NCBI GenBank assembly: GCA_014730175.1
Contig: WJIR01000026.1
Location: 1,027-65,026, forward strand
Reading direction: 5' to 3'
DNA: 64,000 bases
Source of the DNA: Candidatus Zixiibacteriota bacterium
Lineage (GTDB): Bacteria > Zixibacteria > MSB-5A5 > UM-FILTER-46-8
The number at the start of each line of letters is the position of its first letter. Position 1 is the first letter of the stretch. This document shows positions 29,470-40,169 of the stretch, in pieces. Below the pieces are notes generated by a model, which was not told where the DNA came from, ran no database searches, and was given only the letters and a program-made list of their open reading frames with translations. The translations under genes were made by a program, and so were the position numbers.

Positions 29470-30072
29470 CTATACAGGAATCTCGATCTGCTTCGATTGG
29501 ACGTAACGGTAGAGTTTGCCGATCAAATAAGCTTTGCCCAATGCCGCCCAAAAAACCGTAAAGAACCATCCAATTACCAGTATAATCAAACCTAATGATG
29601 CTATTATCTGCATTCCGAGTGATAGCAACACCACTACCAGCACATCGGATATGTTGTCTTTGGTGAAATCGATTATTTTTTGAAAATCGAAAGCTGCCTT
29701 AAAGTCGTTAGTTAGCGCGAAATTTGCCATCAGATAGGGAATAATTAGCGCAACCGCAATCCCGTAAATTCCCCCAATACATGCTCCCAGACAAGGGAGA
29801 TTGTAGAAAAGCAATCCAGGGATGGAATATATGATCAGTACGATAAAGAACATAAGCCCTTTATTAAGTTTCTCCGTTAGATTGTCCCATTCCGGCAACG
29901 GTATTTCTTTATTCTCATAGGCGTTACGAGTCAATTCCAATAGGTATCCGAGCAGAAAGGGAATTCCAATGACCACGCATGACAATAATGCGAAAACAGC
30001 TCCAAGAACGAATTTGCCTGGCCAGGCTTTATCCTCGAACATGAACGTGAATGCTCTACCAATGTTATCCAT
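29470..30072 (-). CDS. Hypothetical polytopic membrane protein (DUF4013-like)
   Basis: 200 aa with 4-5 TM segments; the family call is tentative. Confidence 0.45.
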   Translation of the reverse strand: MDNIGRAFTFMFEDKAWPGKFVLGAVFALLSCVVIGIPFLLGYLLELTRNAYENKEIPLPEWDNLTEKLNKGLMFFIVLIIYSIPGLLFYNLPCLGACIGGIYGIAVALIIPYLMANFALTNDFKAAFDFQKIIDFTKDNISDVLVVVLLSLGMQIIASLGLIILVIGWFFTVFWAALGKAYLIGKLYRYVQSKQIEIPV

Positions 30073-30211
30073 AATTCCTCCTTTTCTATACTCTTATACA
30101 ATATCCAACCAAAAGTCAATTGTTATTCTTCAACAGTAACCGAACTGCGCATAATACAGTTGATTGCGATTTTCCTGATATGTTTTCTACGATAAAAAAA
30201 AGAATTTTGTT

Positions 30212-32347
30212 TTACTTTGTTAACATCGTCCACACCCCGTCCCAATCTTCGGCGGGGGGGTTCTCATTGAGTTGCCGGCAGCGTTCTTTGAACACCATGG
30301 AAGGACCGTCATCCGGCTTGAATCGAAGGATTTCATCAAAATACTTTTCGGCGAGCGCGAAGTCCATTCTTCGATAGCTTCCCAGCGCCTGAGAGAACAA
30401 TTCGATTAACTGTCCGGTCTGTTTGTCCATCTCCCCGTACTTGATCAACTCATAGATTCTAACAGGCTGGGTTCGACCTTTAACCCGGGTTAAATCTAAC
30501 TCGCGTGTGATAAATTCCTTGCTGGTTTTGTTACGTGTCATCTCGGATACCATTATTTGCGTTTGATACTGTTTGTTTAATCCCTCCAGTCGAGAAGCGA
30601 GATTAACATTGTCGCCGAGAACAGTGTATGAGAACCTTACATCAGAACCCATGTTACCAACCACCGCTTCCCCGGTATTAATTCCGATACGAGTGAAAAT
30701 CTCTCCGGTATTCAGATATCTGAACTTGTCGCTAATCAAGTGGTCGTTATCTTTCATCCTCAAAGCCGCTTTACAGGCGCATTCGGCATAGTTAATTTCC
30801 TGCTGCGCTTCAGGTGCGCCGAATATTACTACCAGAGCATCTCCGATATACTTATCCAGCGTACCATAATATTCGAAAGCGGCTCGGGTCTGGATAGTGG
30901 TGTAGGTGTTAAGAAAATGTACCAATTGCTGTGGCGTCAGGCGCTCAGCGACTTCGGTGAATCCGCGGATGTCTGAAAACAGCATGGTGAGTTCACGGGA
31001 CTCGCCGCCTAAACGGAGGTTTGCTATGTTATCTACCAGGTTCTTGACCACCGGCGGGGCTACATAATGCTGCAGGATGCCGCGGTATTTTTTCTTTTCC
31101 TGTTCTTCCCCGAAATAACGATGAACCACCACCAGAATATAGGTAAACGAGAAAGTTAAAAAGGGCCTGACCAGTTCCAGAATGATAGAGTACTTAATAA
31201 ACAGTACGGTGACAACGGCAAACCAACCTACGGTCACAGCAACGAACAGCAGGAAACCTTTGAATGCGCTGCTTTGATAAAATATAATACCCAGAAGCAA
31301 GGTTAAAGCGATCAGTATCGGAAAGATTATATAATTAGAGGCGGTAGAAAGGTATTGCTCGGTAAGTATATTGTGCACAATGGTGGCATGTATTTCAACT
31401 CCCGGAAACTCATTGGACAGCGGCACCACCTTTAGATCGGAAAGCCCCCTCGCGGATGTACCGACCAGCACGAATTTCCCCTTGAAAAATCCGGAAGGCA
31501 GGCGACCTTCTTTGACATCGTAATACGATACGTAACGAAAACTCCCAGGAAGACCGAGGAAATTGAGTTTGAAGAAACCATTCCGATCCACAGGTACTTT
31601 GACATCATCTGATAAGTAAATCGACCCCTCGAAGTATTTAACCGGAGTTGTACCTCCGTTGATTAACATGTAAAGGGATACTAACGATAAAGATAAAAAA
31701 TAGTCGCCACCTGCTTTCAATACCAATGGGACTTCTCGGGTTATCCCATCCGGATCCGGAATAAAATTAACAAACCCGAGAGATGCCGATGCTTCCGCCA
31801 ATTCAACGGGAGGTCCTTTTATTACATCGAATTCGATACAGGATAGTTCTTCGAATCCCTCGGTGGGCGGCACATTGTGCTCGTATGGATTCGATTCCGA
31901 CTTGTATCGAAATCGGTCGCGTTCTTCGGGATACAGCGCCAGCGCGTTGAGCACATTACCTTTATCACCTAAAACTTTTATAAACCTGTTTTGCCCGATC
32001 GTATCCGACGGTGTGTCGAAGAATAGTAAGTCAAAGGCCACTCCCACAGCTCCATCGCTATGTAGATATTCAACTAAATCAGCATGATAATTGTGCGACC
32101 AGGGGAATTGTCCGTACTTCTCGAGACTCCTTTCATCGATATCCACTATTACGATGTCCTCAATGACCGGTTCAGAGCCTCCGAATCTCTCTCTGTACTG
32201 GAATCTCCAGTCGATAGTCCTGGCTTCCACAGAATAGAGGATATTAAAAAAGAGGGTCTCACCTAAGATAATCGTGACCAGAATCGCGGTTAATCCTGCG
32301 CCTAATCCCCAGTATATTTTTGCCCGTTTTCTCGGTATTCTCTCCAC
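30212..32347 (-). CDS. CHASE2-sensor class III adenylate/guanylate cyclase
   Basis: N-terminal TM plus a CHASE2-like periplasmic domain, then TM helices and a cyclase homology domain (LFSDIRGFT ... IGINTGEAVVGNMG ... YTVLGDNVNLASRLEG). Confidence 0.85.
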   Translation of the reverse strand: MERIPRKRAKIYWGLGAGLTAILVTIILGETLFFNILYSVEARTIDWRFQYRERFGGSEPVIEDIVIVDIDERSLEKYGQFPWSHNYHADLVEYLHSDGAVGVAFDLLFFDTPSDTIGQNRFIKVLGDKGNVLNALALYPEERDRFRYKSESNPYEHNVPPTEGFEELSCIEFDVIKGPPVELAEASASLGFVNFIPDPDGITREVPLVLKAGGDYFLSLSLVSLYMLINGGTTPVKYFEGSIYLSDDVKVPVDRNGFFKLNFLGLPGSFRYVSYYDVKEGRLPSGFFKGKFVLVGTSARGLSDLKVVPLSNEFPGVEIHATIVHNILTEQYLSTASNYIIFPILIALTLLLGIIFYQSSAFKGFLLFVAVTVGWFAVVTVLFIKYSIILELVRPFLTFSFTYILVVVHRYFGEEQEKKKYRGILQHYVAPPVVKNLVDNIANLRLGGESRELTMLFSDIRGFTEVAERLTPQQLVHFLNTYTTIQTRAAFEYYGTLDKYIGDALVVIFGAPEAQQEINYAECACKAALRMKDNDHLISDKFRYLNTGEIFTRIGINTGEAVVGNMGSDVRFSYTVLGDNVNLASRLEGLNKQYQTQIMVSEMTRNKTSKEFITRELDLTRVKGRTQPVRIYELIKYGEMDKQTGQLIELFSQALGSYRRMDFALAEKYFDEILRFKPDDGPSMVFKERCRQLNENPPAEDWDGVWTMLTK

Positions 32348-32351
32348 CAGA

Positions 32352-32894
32352 TCAACCTTTAACCGCTACAAGCGCTCTATAAGCATAATAGATGCCGGAT
32401 GCCATCAACAGCATCAGCGATAGATACAGCAGATATTCCTTTACGACATCGGCTTCAACCAGATACGCTATCAGTGTAACAGATATCACAAAAGCAGCCG
32501 CTTTTCCCAGCGGTTGCGACATTAATGTCTTCTTTATTCTCTGTCGGACAAAAAGGGAGAAAACAATAATAAGAATATCCCTGCCTATTACGATTACCGC
32601 CATCCATAGTGGAAAGCCCCTATACCATACTCCGGCAATCACCGCCAAAGTGATGCAGAACTTATCCATTAGCGGATCCAGTAATTTGCCCCATTCACTG
32701 ACAGTATCTGTTTTTCGGGCTACGTAACCATCGAGAATATCGGTAACGATCATCACCAGGCCCAGAATGGCGGCGAGGATTAGATGAATCGTATCCCCCA
32801 GCACAACCAGGTATATGGTCGGAACGATTAATATGGCTCGCGACATGGTCAACAGGTTGGCGGCTGTTAGAAACTTTCCCTGTATCCCCAACAT
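32352..32894 (-). CDS. pgsA: CDP-alcohol phosphatidyltransferase (PgsA-like)
   Basis: DILDGYVARK...G...DPLMDK CDP-OH phosphotransferase motif in a 180-aa membrane protein. Confidence 0.8.
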   Translation of the reverse strand: MLGIQGKFLTAANLLTMSRAILIVPTIYLVVLGDTIHLILAAILGLVMIVTDILDGYVARKTDTVSEWGKLLDPLMDKFCITLAVIAGVWYRGFPLWMAVIVIGRDILIIVFSLFVRQRIKKTLMSQPLGKAAAFVISVTLIAYLVEADVVKEYLLYLSLMLLMASGIYYAYRALVAVKG

Positions 32895-32896
32895 AA

Positions 32897-34555
32897 TTAA
32901 CTTTCTGATTCGGAAAGTAATTTCTGAGCGAACGCTATGGTTTCCTCGGACTCAGTATCGCCGGAAAGCAGCCGAGCGATTTCTTCCACCCGGTCTTTGC
33001 CTTCCATTTTCCGCACATAAGTTCTGGTTCGTTGTTTCTCGGTCTTTTTAAAAACCGCAAAGTGACTTTCCCCTTTTGATGCGATCTGCTGAAGGTGAGT
33101 TATGCAGAGCACCTGATGAGTTGAGGAGAGCTTGCGTAGCAGTTCGCCGACCTTGGCGGCAACCTCACCGCCAATTCCGGTATCGACCTCATCGAATATC
33201 AACAGCCCGATATTATCCCGCTCCGCCAACGCAGTTTTGATCGCCAGCATGATACGGGAAAGCTCGCCGCCGGAGGCGATCTTACTTAGCGGCTTTAATC
33301 CCTCCCCCGGATTCGGAGATATCATAAACTCCGGCTGAGACAAACCGCTTTCATTGACAATGTAACTGACTCCCTTAGACTCAACTTCGTCTCCGCTTTC
33401 GTTCGTATCGAAACGGGTTTCGAAACTCATCTTACCCATTCCCATGTATGCCAACAGTTTCTTCAATTCTGAGGACAGCTTTCCCGCCGCTTTCTTCCTT
33501 GCAGCATCCAGTTTCTCGCCGAATTCGATCAAAGCTCCGGTCTTGGTATCCAATTGCTTCTTAAGTTCATCTATCCTGATATCGAAATTATCCGAAAAAT
33601 CAATTTCTTTCCTTATCTCCTCAGCATATCGGAGTATCTCATCGATGCTGCCGCCATACTTGTTCTTTAACTTCTGAATCGAATCCAGCCTGAACTCGAT
33701 CCACTCCAACCTCTGGGGATCAGCCTCGATACTCTCGTAATACGCCGCTGCCTGCTTGCCGATTTCCTCCGATAAGATACTGAGGTTGTTAAGCTCATCT
33801 TCTTTAACAGGATAGTTAGCATCAATGTTGCGTAGTTTACGCATGTTCTGAAAACATTTATTCACCTTTTCGAAAACCGAACCGGTTTCATCATAGAGCA
33901 AACTGTAGATCTCCGAAGAAAGCTCCTTCAGCGTTTCAGCGTTTTTGAGTATCTTTTGCTCGCTATTCAACTCCGCTTCCTCCTCCGACTGCAACCTCGC
34001 GGCCTCTATTTCTGAGAGTTGAAATTTGAGATAATCGATTTTCTGCAACCGTTGCTGTTTTGAACTGACTAAGTTGTCTATCTCCGACCGCAGTTTCTTC
34101 CATTCCTTATACTCTTCCTCAAAAGACCCTCGCATACCATCCAGATCCCCGAACCTGTCGATTACCGCAAGATGGTTGGTAGGATTCAGCAGGCTCTGAT
34201 GCTGATGCTGCCCCATAAGCTCGGCGATTTTGCCGGTAGTCTCCTTCAACGTCTGCAAGGTAACCTGCTTATCATCGACGAAAGCGTAGCTCCGTCCGCC
34301 GCGGTTCATCTCCCGCCGGACTATGAGTGCCTCATCCTGATCGGGAATGCTGAAATTACCCTCAACGAAAAGCAGGTCTTCACCTTCGCGAAACATCTCG
34401 GAGGAAGCGCGATCCCCGAAAAGGAGGTTAAGGGCTCCCAACAGGACAGATTTGCCTGCGCCGGTTTCGCCGGTGAAGACGTTGAATCCGCCGGTAAACT
34501 CCAGATCCAGGCTCTCTATCAATGCGAAATTCTTAATTCGTAGTCGCTGAAGCAT
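32897..34555 (-). CDS. recN: DNA repair protein RecN
   Basis: N-terminus LRIKNFALIESLDLEF...FTGETGAGKS (Walker A), a coiled-coil middle region, and a C-terminal signature/Walker B region. Confidence 0.9.
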   Translation of the reverse strand: MLQRLRIKNFALIESLDLEFTGGFNVFTGETGAGKSVLLGALNLLFGDRASSEMFREGEDLLFVEGNFSIPDQDEALIVRREMNRGGRSYAFVDDKQVTLQTLKETTGKIAELMGQHQHQSLLNPTNHLAVIDRFGDLDGMRGSFEEEYKEWKKLRSEIDNLVSSKQQRLQKIDYLKFQLSEIEAARLQSEEEAELNSEQKILKNAETLKELSSEIYSLLYDETGSVFEKVNKCFQNMRKLRNIDANYPVKEDELNNLSILSEEIGKQAAAYYESIEADPQRLEWIEFRLDSIQKLKNKYGGSIDEILRYAEEIRKEIDFSDNFDIRIDELKKQLDTKTGALIEFGEKLDAARKKAAGKLSSELKKLLAYMGMGKMSFETRFDTNESGDEVESKGVSYIVNESGLSQPEFMISPNPGEGLKPLSKIASGGELSRIMLAIKTALAERDNIGLLIFDEVDTGIGGEVAAKVGELLRKLSSTHQVLCITHLQQIASKGESHFAVFKKTEKQRTRTYVRKMEGKDRVEEIARLLSGDTESEETIAFAQKLLSESES

Positions 34556-34605
34556 AGTGTTCTTAATTATTCGCGCATGCCAATAAAGATCTTGAATTTG
34601 ACAGG

Positions 34606-34806
34606 CTATTCCGTAGCCATCTCGGCATCGTTAATAACCATTTCCATGCTTTCGAGCGAGAATCTATACTTCTCACGTTCCTCTTCTTTGGAGAGGTCGA
34701 GGCAATTGCCAAAATAGAACTCCGCATAGCGCTTTGCATCTTCTTCGCTTTCAGCATTTACAGTGACAAGATAGGCTCTGGTTAATACTACTTTGAAGGA
34801 TTTCAT
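34606..34806 (-). CDS. Hypothetical small acidic protein (66 aa) between recN and nadK
   Basis: Clean ORF in an operonic position; no family recognised. Confidence 0.35.
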   Translation of the reverse strand: MKSFKVVLTRAYLVTVNAESEEDAKRYAEFYFGNCLDLSKEEEREKYRFSLESMEMVINDAEMATE

Positions 34807-34850
34807 TATTCTGCTTTTGCTCCTTACACTTAACGAGTTTTTGGACTATT

Positions 34851-35744
34851 CTACCTCCCAATAATCGGCTGCCGTCCCAGGTGGAGCTTGGTTCGGAGTA
34901 CTTCGAAGAATGATGAATCGGAAAACCTCACAAGTTTCTGCTTATACGGCGCTTTGTTAATTACGATTCGGTGACCGGATAGCAACGGATATGCCTTCTG
35001 CCCGTCAACCGTGAGCGACGCCTCCCCATGCTCGGATTCCACCACCAGCTCCAGCTCCGTATCGCCCGAAAGTACCAGCGAACGCTGAGTGAGGGAATGG
35101 GGACAGATCGGTGTAACAACTATCGCTTCGGTGGTGGGATAAACAATCGGACCACCGGCAGCTAAACTGTACGCGGTCGAACCGGTCGGTGTGGCTATTA
35201 TCAGGCCGTCGGCGCGGTAGGAACAGATGTAATCGCCATCGGCGGAGACCTGTATAGTAATCAGCCTCGACAACGCTCCCCTGTCCACCACCATATCGTT
35301 GAGCGCGAAGAGGTTGCGGTGATCGACTTCCGGATCGGCTTCGGCGCGCAAAATCATCCTCTGCTCTATCTCGTAATCGCCGGACTGAATCCGCTCCATC
35401 GAATCGATTAGCTTCTCCTCGGACTGCTGGGTTAAAAATCCAAGTGATCCCAGGTTGATCCCCAGTATTGGAACGCTGGATTCTTCCACCGCCCGTGCCG
35501 TTGCCAGGAAAGTCCCGTCGCCCCCGAGCGTTACCATGAAATCGGCATTGTTCGCCAGCAAGCTCTTGGGTAAAAACTTACATTTATCCTTCACGACCGA
35601 TACCAGCTCCTCATCGATAAAGCAGCTATGCCCGTTATCCTTTATCCACTCGGTGACTCTTCTGATTGCGTCGGTCACTCGTTGTCTTTTCGGATTAGCT
35701 ATAATCCCGAATGATATACTTTTATTCTTTGTCATTTTCCTCAA
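34851..35744 (-). CDS. nadK: NAD kinase
   Basis: GGDGTFL motif and NADK fold pattern in a 297-aa protein. Confidence 0.9.
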   Translation of the reverse strand: MRKMTKNKSISFGIIANPKRQRVTDAIRRVTEWIKDNGHSCFIDEELVSVVKDKCKFLPKSLLANNADFMVTLGGDGTFLATARAVEESSVPILGINLGSLGFLTQQSEEKLIDSMERIQSGDYEIEQRMILRAEADPEVDHRNLFALNDMVVDRGALSRLITIQVSADGDYICSYRADGLIIATPTGSTAYSLAAGGPIVYPTTEAIVVTPICPHSLTQRSLVLSGDTELELVVESEHGEASLTVDGQKAYPLLSGHRIVINKAPYKQKLVRFSDSSFFEVLRTKLHLGRQPIIGR

Positions 35745-35964
35745 ACGGTTCGGTTACAAATCCGGTTTCGCCATCGCCCGACAGCTTTTTCACCTTCCCT
35801 TCGAACTCACCCAGTAACTTAGAACAATATTGAACCAGCTCCGTGCCTTCTTCATACAGCTTAAACGATTCCTTCAAAGATACCTCTGCGGAGGAAAGCC
35901 TGTCAACAATTTCCTCCAATCTCTTCAAACCCTGTTCGAAACTGATTTCTTCTTTTTTACTCAT
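35722..35964 (-). CDS. xseB: Exodeoxyribonuclease VII small subunit
   Basis: 80 aa with the LEEIVDRL...ESLKLYEEG..L...C XseB pattern. Confidence 0.8.
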   Translation of the reverse strand: MSKKEEISFEQGLKRLEEIVDRLSSAEVSLKESFKLYEEGTELVQYCSKLLGEFEGKVKKLSGDGETGFVTEPFEENDKE

Positions 35965-37009
35965 CTATTTTCTCCGGTTTCGGATCTCTGCTCATTAAAT
36001 CATTTACCGCCTTCAATGGCGCCTTCTCCTCGAATAAAATCGCATACATCTGGTCGGTTATCGGCATCTCCACACCATATTTGCGGGACAATCTATAGGC
36101 GGCATTAGTAGTATTCACGCCCTCGGCGACCATCTTCATCTGCGATAACACCTTACTCAATGTTTTACCCCTTCCGATCTGTTCGCCCACATACCTGTTC
36201 CGCGAATGCCGGCTGAGGCAGGTGGTGATCAGATCCCCCAGCCCGGAGAGGCCGGCGAAAGTATCCTGGCTTGCGCCCATAGCCAATCCCAGCCGGGTGA
36301 TCTCGGTCAATCCCCGGGTAAGAAGCGCACCCTTGGTGTTGTCGCCGAATTCGAGCCCATCGCAGATTCCTGCGGCGATTGCAATTATATTCTTCAACGA
36401 ACCTGCTAATTCCACTCCCACCAGGTCGGTATTGGTATAGACGCGAAAATAATCGGAAGTGATCGCCTCCTGTACCGATTTCAAGTTTTCTTCATCGTTA
36501 CCGGCAATAGTGACGGTGGTCGGTATCTGTTTGCTGACTTCTTCGGCATGCGAAGGACCGGAAAGTGTCATCACCGTTTTTTCGTATTCATCGCCAAGCT
36601 CCGCCAGAATAACCTCGGACATCCGGGTAAGCGTTTCTACCTCCAATCCCTTGGCGAGATTCAGAATGATTTGCTGTTTATCGAGAATCGGAGGAAGCTG
36701 CCTGCTAACCTCGCGCACCGCATGCGAAGGAATGGCAAGGACAATTAGCTCCGCATCGGCCGCTATCCGAGCGATATCATCCGAGACTTCAATCTCCCGC
36801 GGAATGGAGATTCCAGGCAGCTTATCCGGATGCTCCCGCTTTTCGTAAATCAACTTCGCATCCTCGGGATTAAATTCCCAGATACCGGCATGTAATCCGC
36901 ATCGATGAAGATGGACAGCAAAAGCTAAACCCCAGCTTCCCCCGCCCAGAACAGCTATTTTGGTAAATTCCTTCATTCTAACACGCTCAACCGCTTTTAG
37001 TTTTCTCAC
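35957..37009 (-). CDS. gpsA: NAD(P)H-dependent glycerol-3-phosphate dehydrogenase
   Basis: IAVLGGGSWG Rossmann motif and a GpsA-length protein, placed between plsY and xseB. Confidence 0.9.
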   Translation of the reverse strand: MRKLKAVERVRMKEFTKIAVLGGGSWGLAFAVHLHRCGLHAGIWEFNPEDAKLIYEKREHPDKLPGISIPREIEVSDDIARIAADAELIVLAIPSHAVREVSRQLPPILDKQQIILNLAKGLEVETLTRMSEVILAELGDEYEKTVMTLSGPSHAEEVSKQIPTTVTIAGNDEENLKSVQEAITSDYFRVYTNTDLVGVELAGSLKNIIAIAAGICDGLEFGDNTKGALLTRGLTEITRLGLAMGASQDTFAGLSGLGDLITTCLSRHSRNRYVGEQIGRGKTLSKVLSQMKMVAEGVNTTNAAYRLSRKYGVEMPITDQMYAILFEEKAPLKAVNDLMSRDPKPEKIDE

Positions 37010-37625
37010 CGAACTTGTGCTCGGTTCCCGCTATCAATCTCTTGATATTGGCTCTATGACTCAATACTACGAATAATGCGAGAAAAATGCAAATCCAGAT
37101 AAGTATATTAGAAACCTTCATACCTAAAATGAATTTTTCGAAGAGTACCGCTATCGGCAAGAGCACCGACGCCACCACCGACCCGAGCGATACGTAACGT
37201 GTGATAGCCACCACCAAAATAAAGATCGCAACCAGGATGGCGGTAACTATCGGTATAATGGAAAACATCACACCGGCGCCGGTTCCCACACCTTTACCTC
37301 CCTTGAAACTCGCCCAGACCGGGAACGAATGTCCCAGGATCGCAACCAATCCGCAGATCAGCTCAACCGCTACGGGATCGCCGATAAGCCGTTCGCTTGC
37401 CAGCGGCGCGAATACGAACACTGCCAGTACCCCTTTTCCCGCATCCAATAGAAGCACCACGACTGCCGGCACAGCCCCCAGCACCCGGTATACATTCGTA
37501 GCGCCGGCATTCCCCGATCCATGCTCGCGGATGTCTATCCCTTTGAGCAATTTCCCGGCGATAATCGATGTAGGAATAGCTCCAACCAGGTAACTGAGAA
37601 CCACTGCCGCGGCGAAATCAAGCAT
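36987..37625 (-). CDS. plsY: Glycerol-3-phosphate acyltransferase PlsY
   Basis: HGSGNAGATN motif in a 212-aa membrane protein. Confidence 0.9.
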   Translation of the reverse strand: MLDFAAAVVLSYLVGAIPTSIIAGKLLKGIDIREHGSGNAGATNVYRVLGAVPAVVVLLLDAGKGVLAVFVFAPLASERLIGDPVAVELICGLVAILGHSFPVWASFKGGKGVGTGAGVMFSIIPIVTAILVAIFILVVAITRYVSLGSVVASVLLPIAVLFEKFILGMKVSNILIWICIFLALFVVLSHRANIKRLIAGTEHKFGEKTKSG

Positions 37626-37626
37626 T

Positions 37627-38937
37627 CTATTCCCCCTTCTTCTTTAACTTCAGTCTGATCGGCGTACCGACGAAACCGAAATGATGCCGCAGACGGTTAA
37701 CTATAAACCGCTCATAAGTGGAATCGATATCTTCCGGACGATTGCACGAGAGCATAAACGATGGCGGGTGTACCCCGAACTGGGTAAGGTAATAAAAATT
37801 GATAAACCGTCCGCCAACCGCAGGAGGATGGGTAGTTCTCAACTCCGGTAAAATGATTTCGTTTAATTCTGATGTCTGTATCCGCTTGAATGATTCTTCG
37901 TGCACCTCCTTCACCAGCGGAAGCAGTTTACCGAGACGTCTTTTGGTCAATGCCGATGTGAAAAACAATGGGTAGTCCTTCAGTTCCGGGTTATCCAGAT
38001 AAAGCTCTTTAGTGAAATTATCAGCATCGGTAGCAGGCTTTAAATCCCATTTATTCACCACGATTATCATCGGCTTAGAAGCATCTATTATCTGTTGAGC
38101 GATCCTCAAATCCTGACGAGTTATCTCCTGTGATGCGTCTACCAAAAGTAGCGCGATATCCGCTCTTTCAATACTCCTGATTGTACGCAACACCATATAA
38201 TACTCCAGCGAGTCCCCCAAGCGAGCCTTCTTACGCAATCCTGCCGTATCAATTAGTATGAAGTCCTCGCCATAGTGCCTCAGATGAGAATCCGTGGCAT
38301 CCCGTGTTGTGCCCGGCAATTCGTCGACCACGTGCTTCTCCTGCCCCAAAAGCGCGTTGGCAAGCGAGGATTTCCCTACATTCGGCTTACCCAGCACAGC
38401 AATCCGAATCCCCGCCGATTCCTTCGCTTCTGCGGTTGTCTCGGGCAGTTCCGCAACTAATGCATCCAGCATATCGCCGATATTTCTTCCTGTGACTGCG
38501 GAAACCGGGATAGGTTCGCCGATACCCAAACCGTAATAATCGTTGGCATCCTCGAATTCATCGGTACTGTCCATTTTGTTAACAATAAGAATAACCTTTC
38601 GCTGGTTTTTCCGCACAATCTCCACCAGGTCATAATCCTCCGGTTTGGGGCCGGTTTTGTAGTCGACAAGGTACAGCACCAGGTCGGATTCTTCCATTGC
38701 TATCTGCGCCTGCTCCATCACTGCCCGATTAATCCTGTTTTTATCAGCGGGCAGAAAACCGCCGGTATCGATTAGATAAAACTGCCTTCCTGCCCATTCA
38801 GCGGCCCGGTACAGCCTGTCCCGAGTAACACCGGGGGTGTCATCGACAATAGCGATCCTTTTCCCCAGAATGCGGTTGAATAATGTAGACTTGCCTGCAT
38901 TCGGCAAACCTATAATCGAGACTACGGGCGCCGGCAT
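37627..38937 (-). CDS. der: Ribosome-associated GTPase Der (EngA)
   Basis: Two tandem GTPase domains (GLPNAGKST, GKPNVGKSS) and a KH-like C-terminus. Confidence 0.9.
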   Translation of the reverse strand: MPAPVVSIIGLPNAGKSTLFNRILGKRIAIVDDTPGVTRDRLYRAAEWAGRQFYLIDTGGFLPADKNRINRAVMEQAQIAMEESDLVLYLVDYKTGPKPEDYDLVEIVRKNQRKVILIVNKMDSTDEFEDANDYYGLGIGEPIPVSAVTGRNIGDMLDALVAELPETTAEAKESAGIRIAVLGKPNVGKSSLANALLGQEKHVVDELPGTTRDATDSHLRHYGEDFILIDTAGLRKKARLGDSLEYYMVLRTIRSIERADIALLLVDASQEITRQDLRIAQQIIDASKPMIIVVNKWDLKPATDADNFTKELYLDNPELKDYPLFFTSALTKRRLGKLLPLVKEVHEESFKRIQTSELNEIILPELRTTHPPAVGGRFINFYYLTQFGVHPPSFMLSCNRPEDIDSTYERFIVNRLRHHFGFVGTPIRLKLKKKGE

Positions 38938-39309
38938 ATTTTGCTCATTTCCAAATTATTACCGTTAACTAAACTGTATTTACCAATCCTTACCGATATT
39001 ATATGCGGATATTCTCCGGAAAATTTCTGCTTTGTATAATAATGTGAAGTATACGACTTGATCGAGAAGCTTTCAAGTCTTTTGTGGATGACGAGATAGT
39101 AGTGTCCACCGACGGTAAAATAATCTCTCTTTTAGAATTATTTCCACATCGGAATAGAATAATTGCTAAGGAAAGCAAGGCTTCGGAATCGTTACCGACC
39201 GAATACTCTTATTTCCGTTCCATCATACTCAATCTATCTACATTAGAGATTGGCATAGGAATTGCAAAATACTATTAAAAATAGCAGTTCATAAATAAGT
39301 GTAGACAAT

Positions 39310-40128
39310 ATGACACAAAGAAAAAAACTTTCTGTATTTTGTAGTAGAAATTTATGGTTAATAATAATCGGATGTTTGCTTATCGGCAGCAGTTCGGCAT
39401 TTTCCCAATACTTTGGGCGGAATAAAATCCAGTATGAGGATTTTGACTTTGAGGTGGCTTCAACTGATAAACTCGAAATCTACTATTACGAGAATGAATC
39501 CCGGATATCCGATGATGTCGTCCGGATGGCTGATTTATGGTATGATAAGTATTCCAGTCTGTTTAATCACCGAATCCGGAATAAACAGCCGTTAATTATT
39601 TATTCCAATCATCCGGATTTCCAGCAGACTAACGTAATCGGTGGTATGATACCGCAGGGAACCGGAGGTGTAACCGAAGGATTGAAAAATCGAGTCGTCC
39701 TCCCGCTGACCGGCGTGTTCATAGAGAATCACCATGTTATAGGACACGAACTGATTCATGCTTTCCAGTTTTCGATCATGAAAACGCAGGGGAGGAGAAC
39801 ACTTACATCGAATAAACTGCCCCTGTGGTTCGTGGAAGGGATGTCCGAGTATTTCACGCTGGGTAGCGATGATGCGCTGACATCGATGTGGATGCGGGAT
39901 GCCGTACTCCATGAGAACGTTCCGGATATTGACGAAGTCGGACGGAGCAGGGAATATTTCCCGTACCGTTATGGCCATTCGATCTGCGCATATATCGCCG
40001 CCAAATGGGGTGATCAGTCTCTTATCGATCTGTATAAAACGAATCTACAAACAGGCTGGCTGAGAACGTTTACCGAGGTGCTCGGTAGGTCGAAAATTTG
40101 GCGGTTTCAACAAATTATTTCAGATTAA
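39310..40128 (+). CDS. Secreted putative zinc metallopeptidase (HEXXH, gluzincin-like)
   Basis: Signal peptide, a HELIH motif, and a downstream EGMSEY candidate third ligand. The family is unresolved. Confidence 0.55.
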   Translation: MTQRKKLSVFCSRNLWLIIIGCLLIGSSSAFSQYFGRNKIQYEDFDFEVASTDKLEIYYYENESRISDDVVRMADLWYDKYSSLFNHRIRNKQPLIIYSNHPDFQQTNVIGGMIPQGTGGVTEGLKNRVVLPLTGVFIENHHVIGHELIHAFQFSIMKTQGRRTLTSNKLPLWFVEGMSEYFTLGSDDALTSMWMRDAVLHENVPDIDEVGRSREYFPYRYGHSICAYIAAKWGDQSLIDLYKTNLQTGWLRTFTEVLGRSKIWRFQQIISD

Positions 40129-40169
40129 TTCGGAACCATTCCAACCAATTGCCAAAAAAGGAGAAAAAA

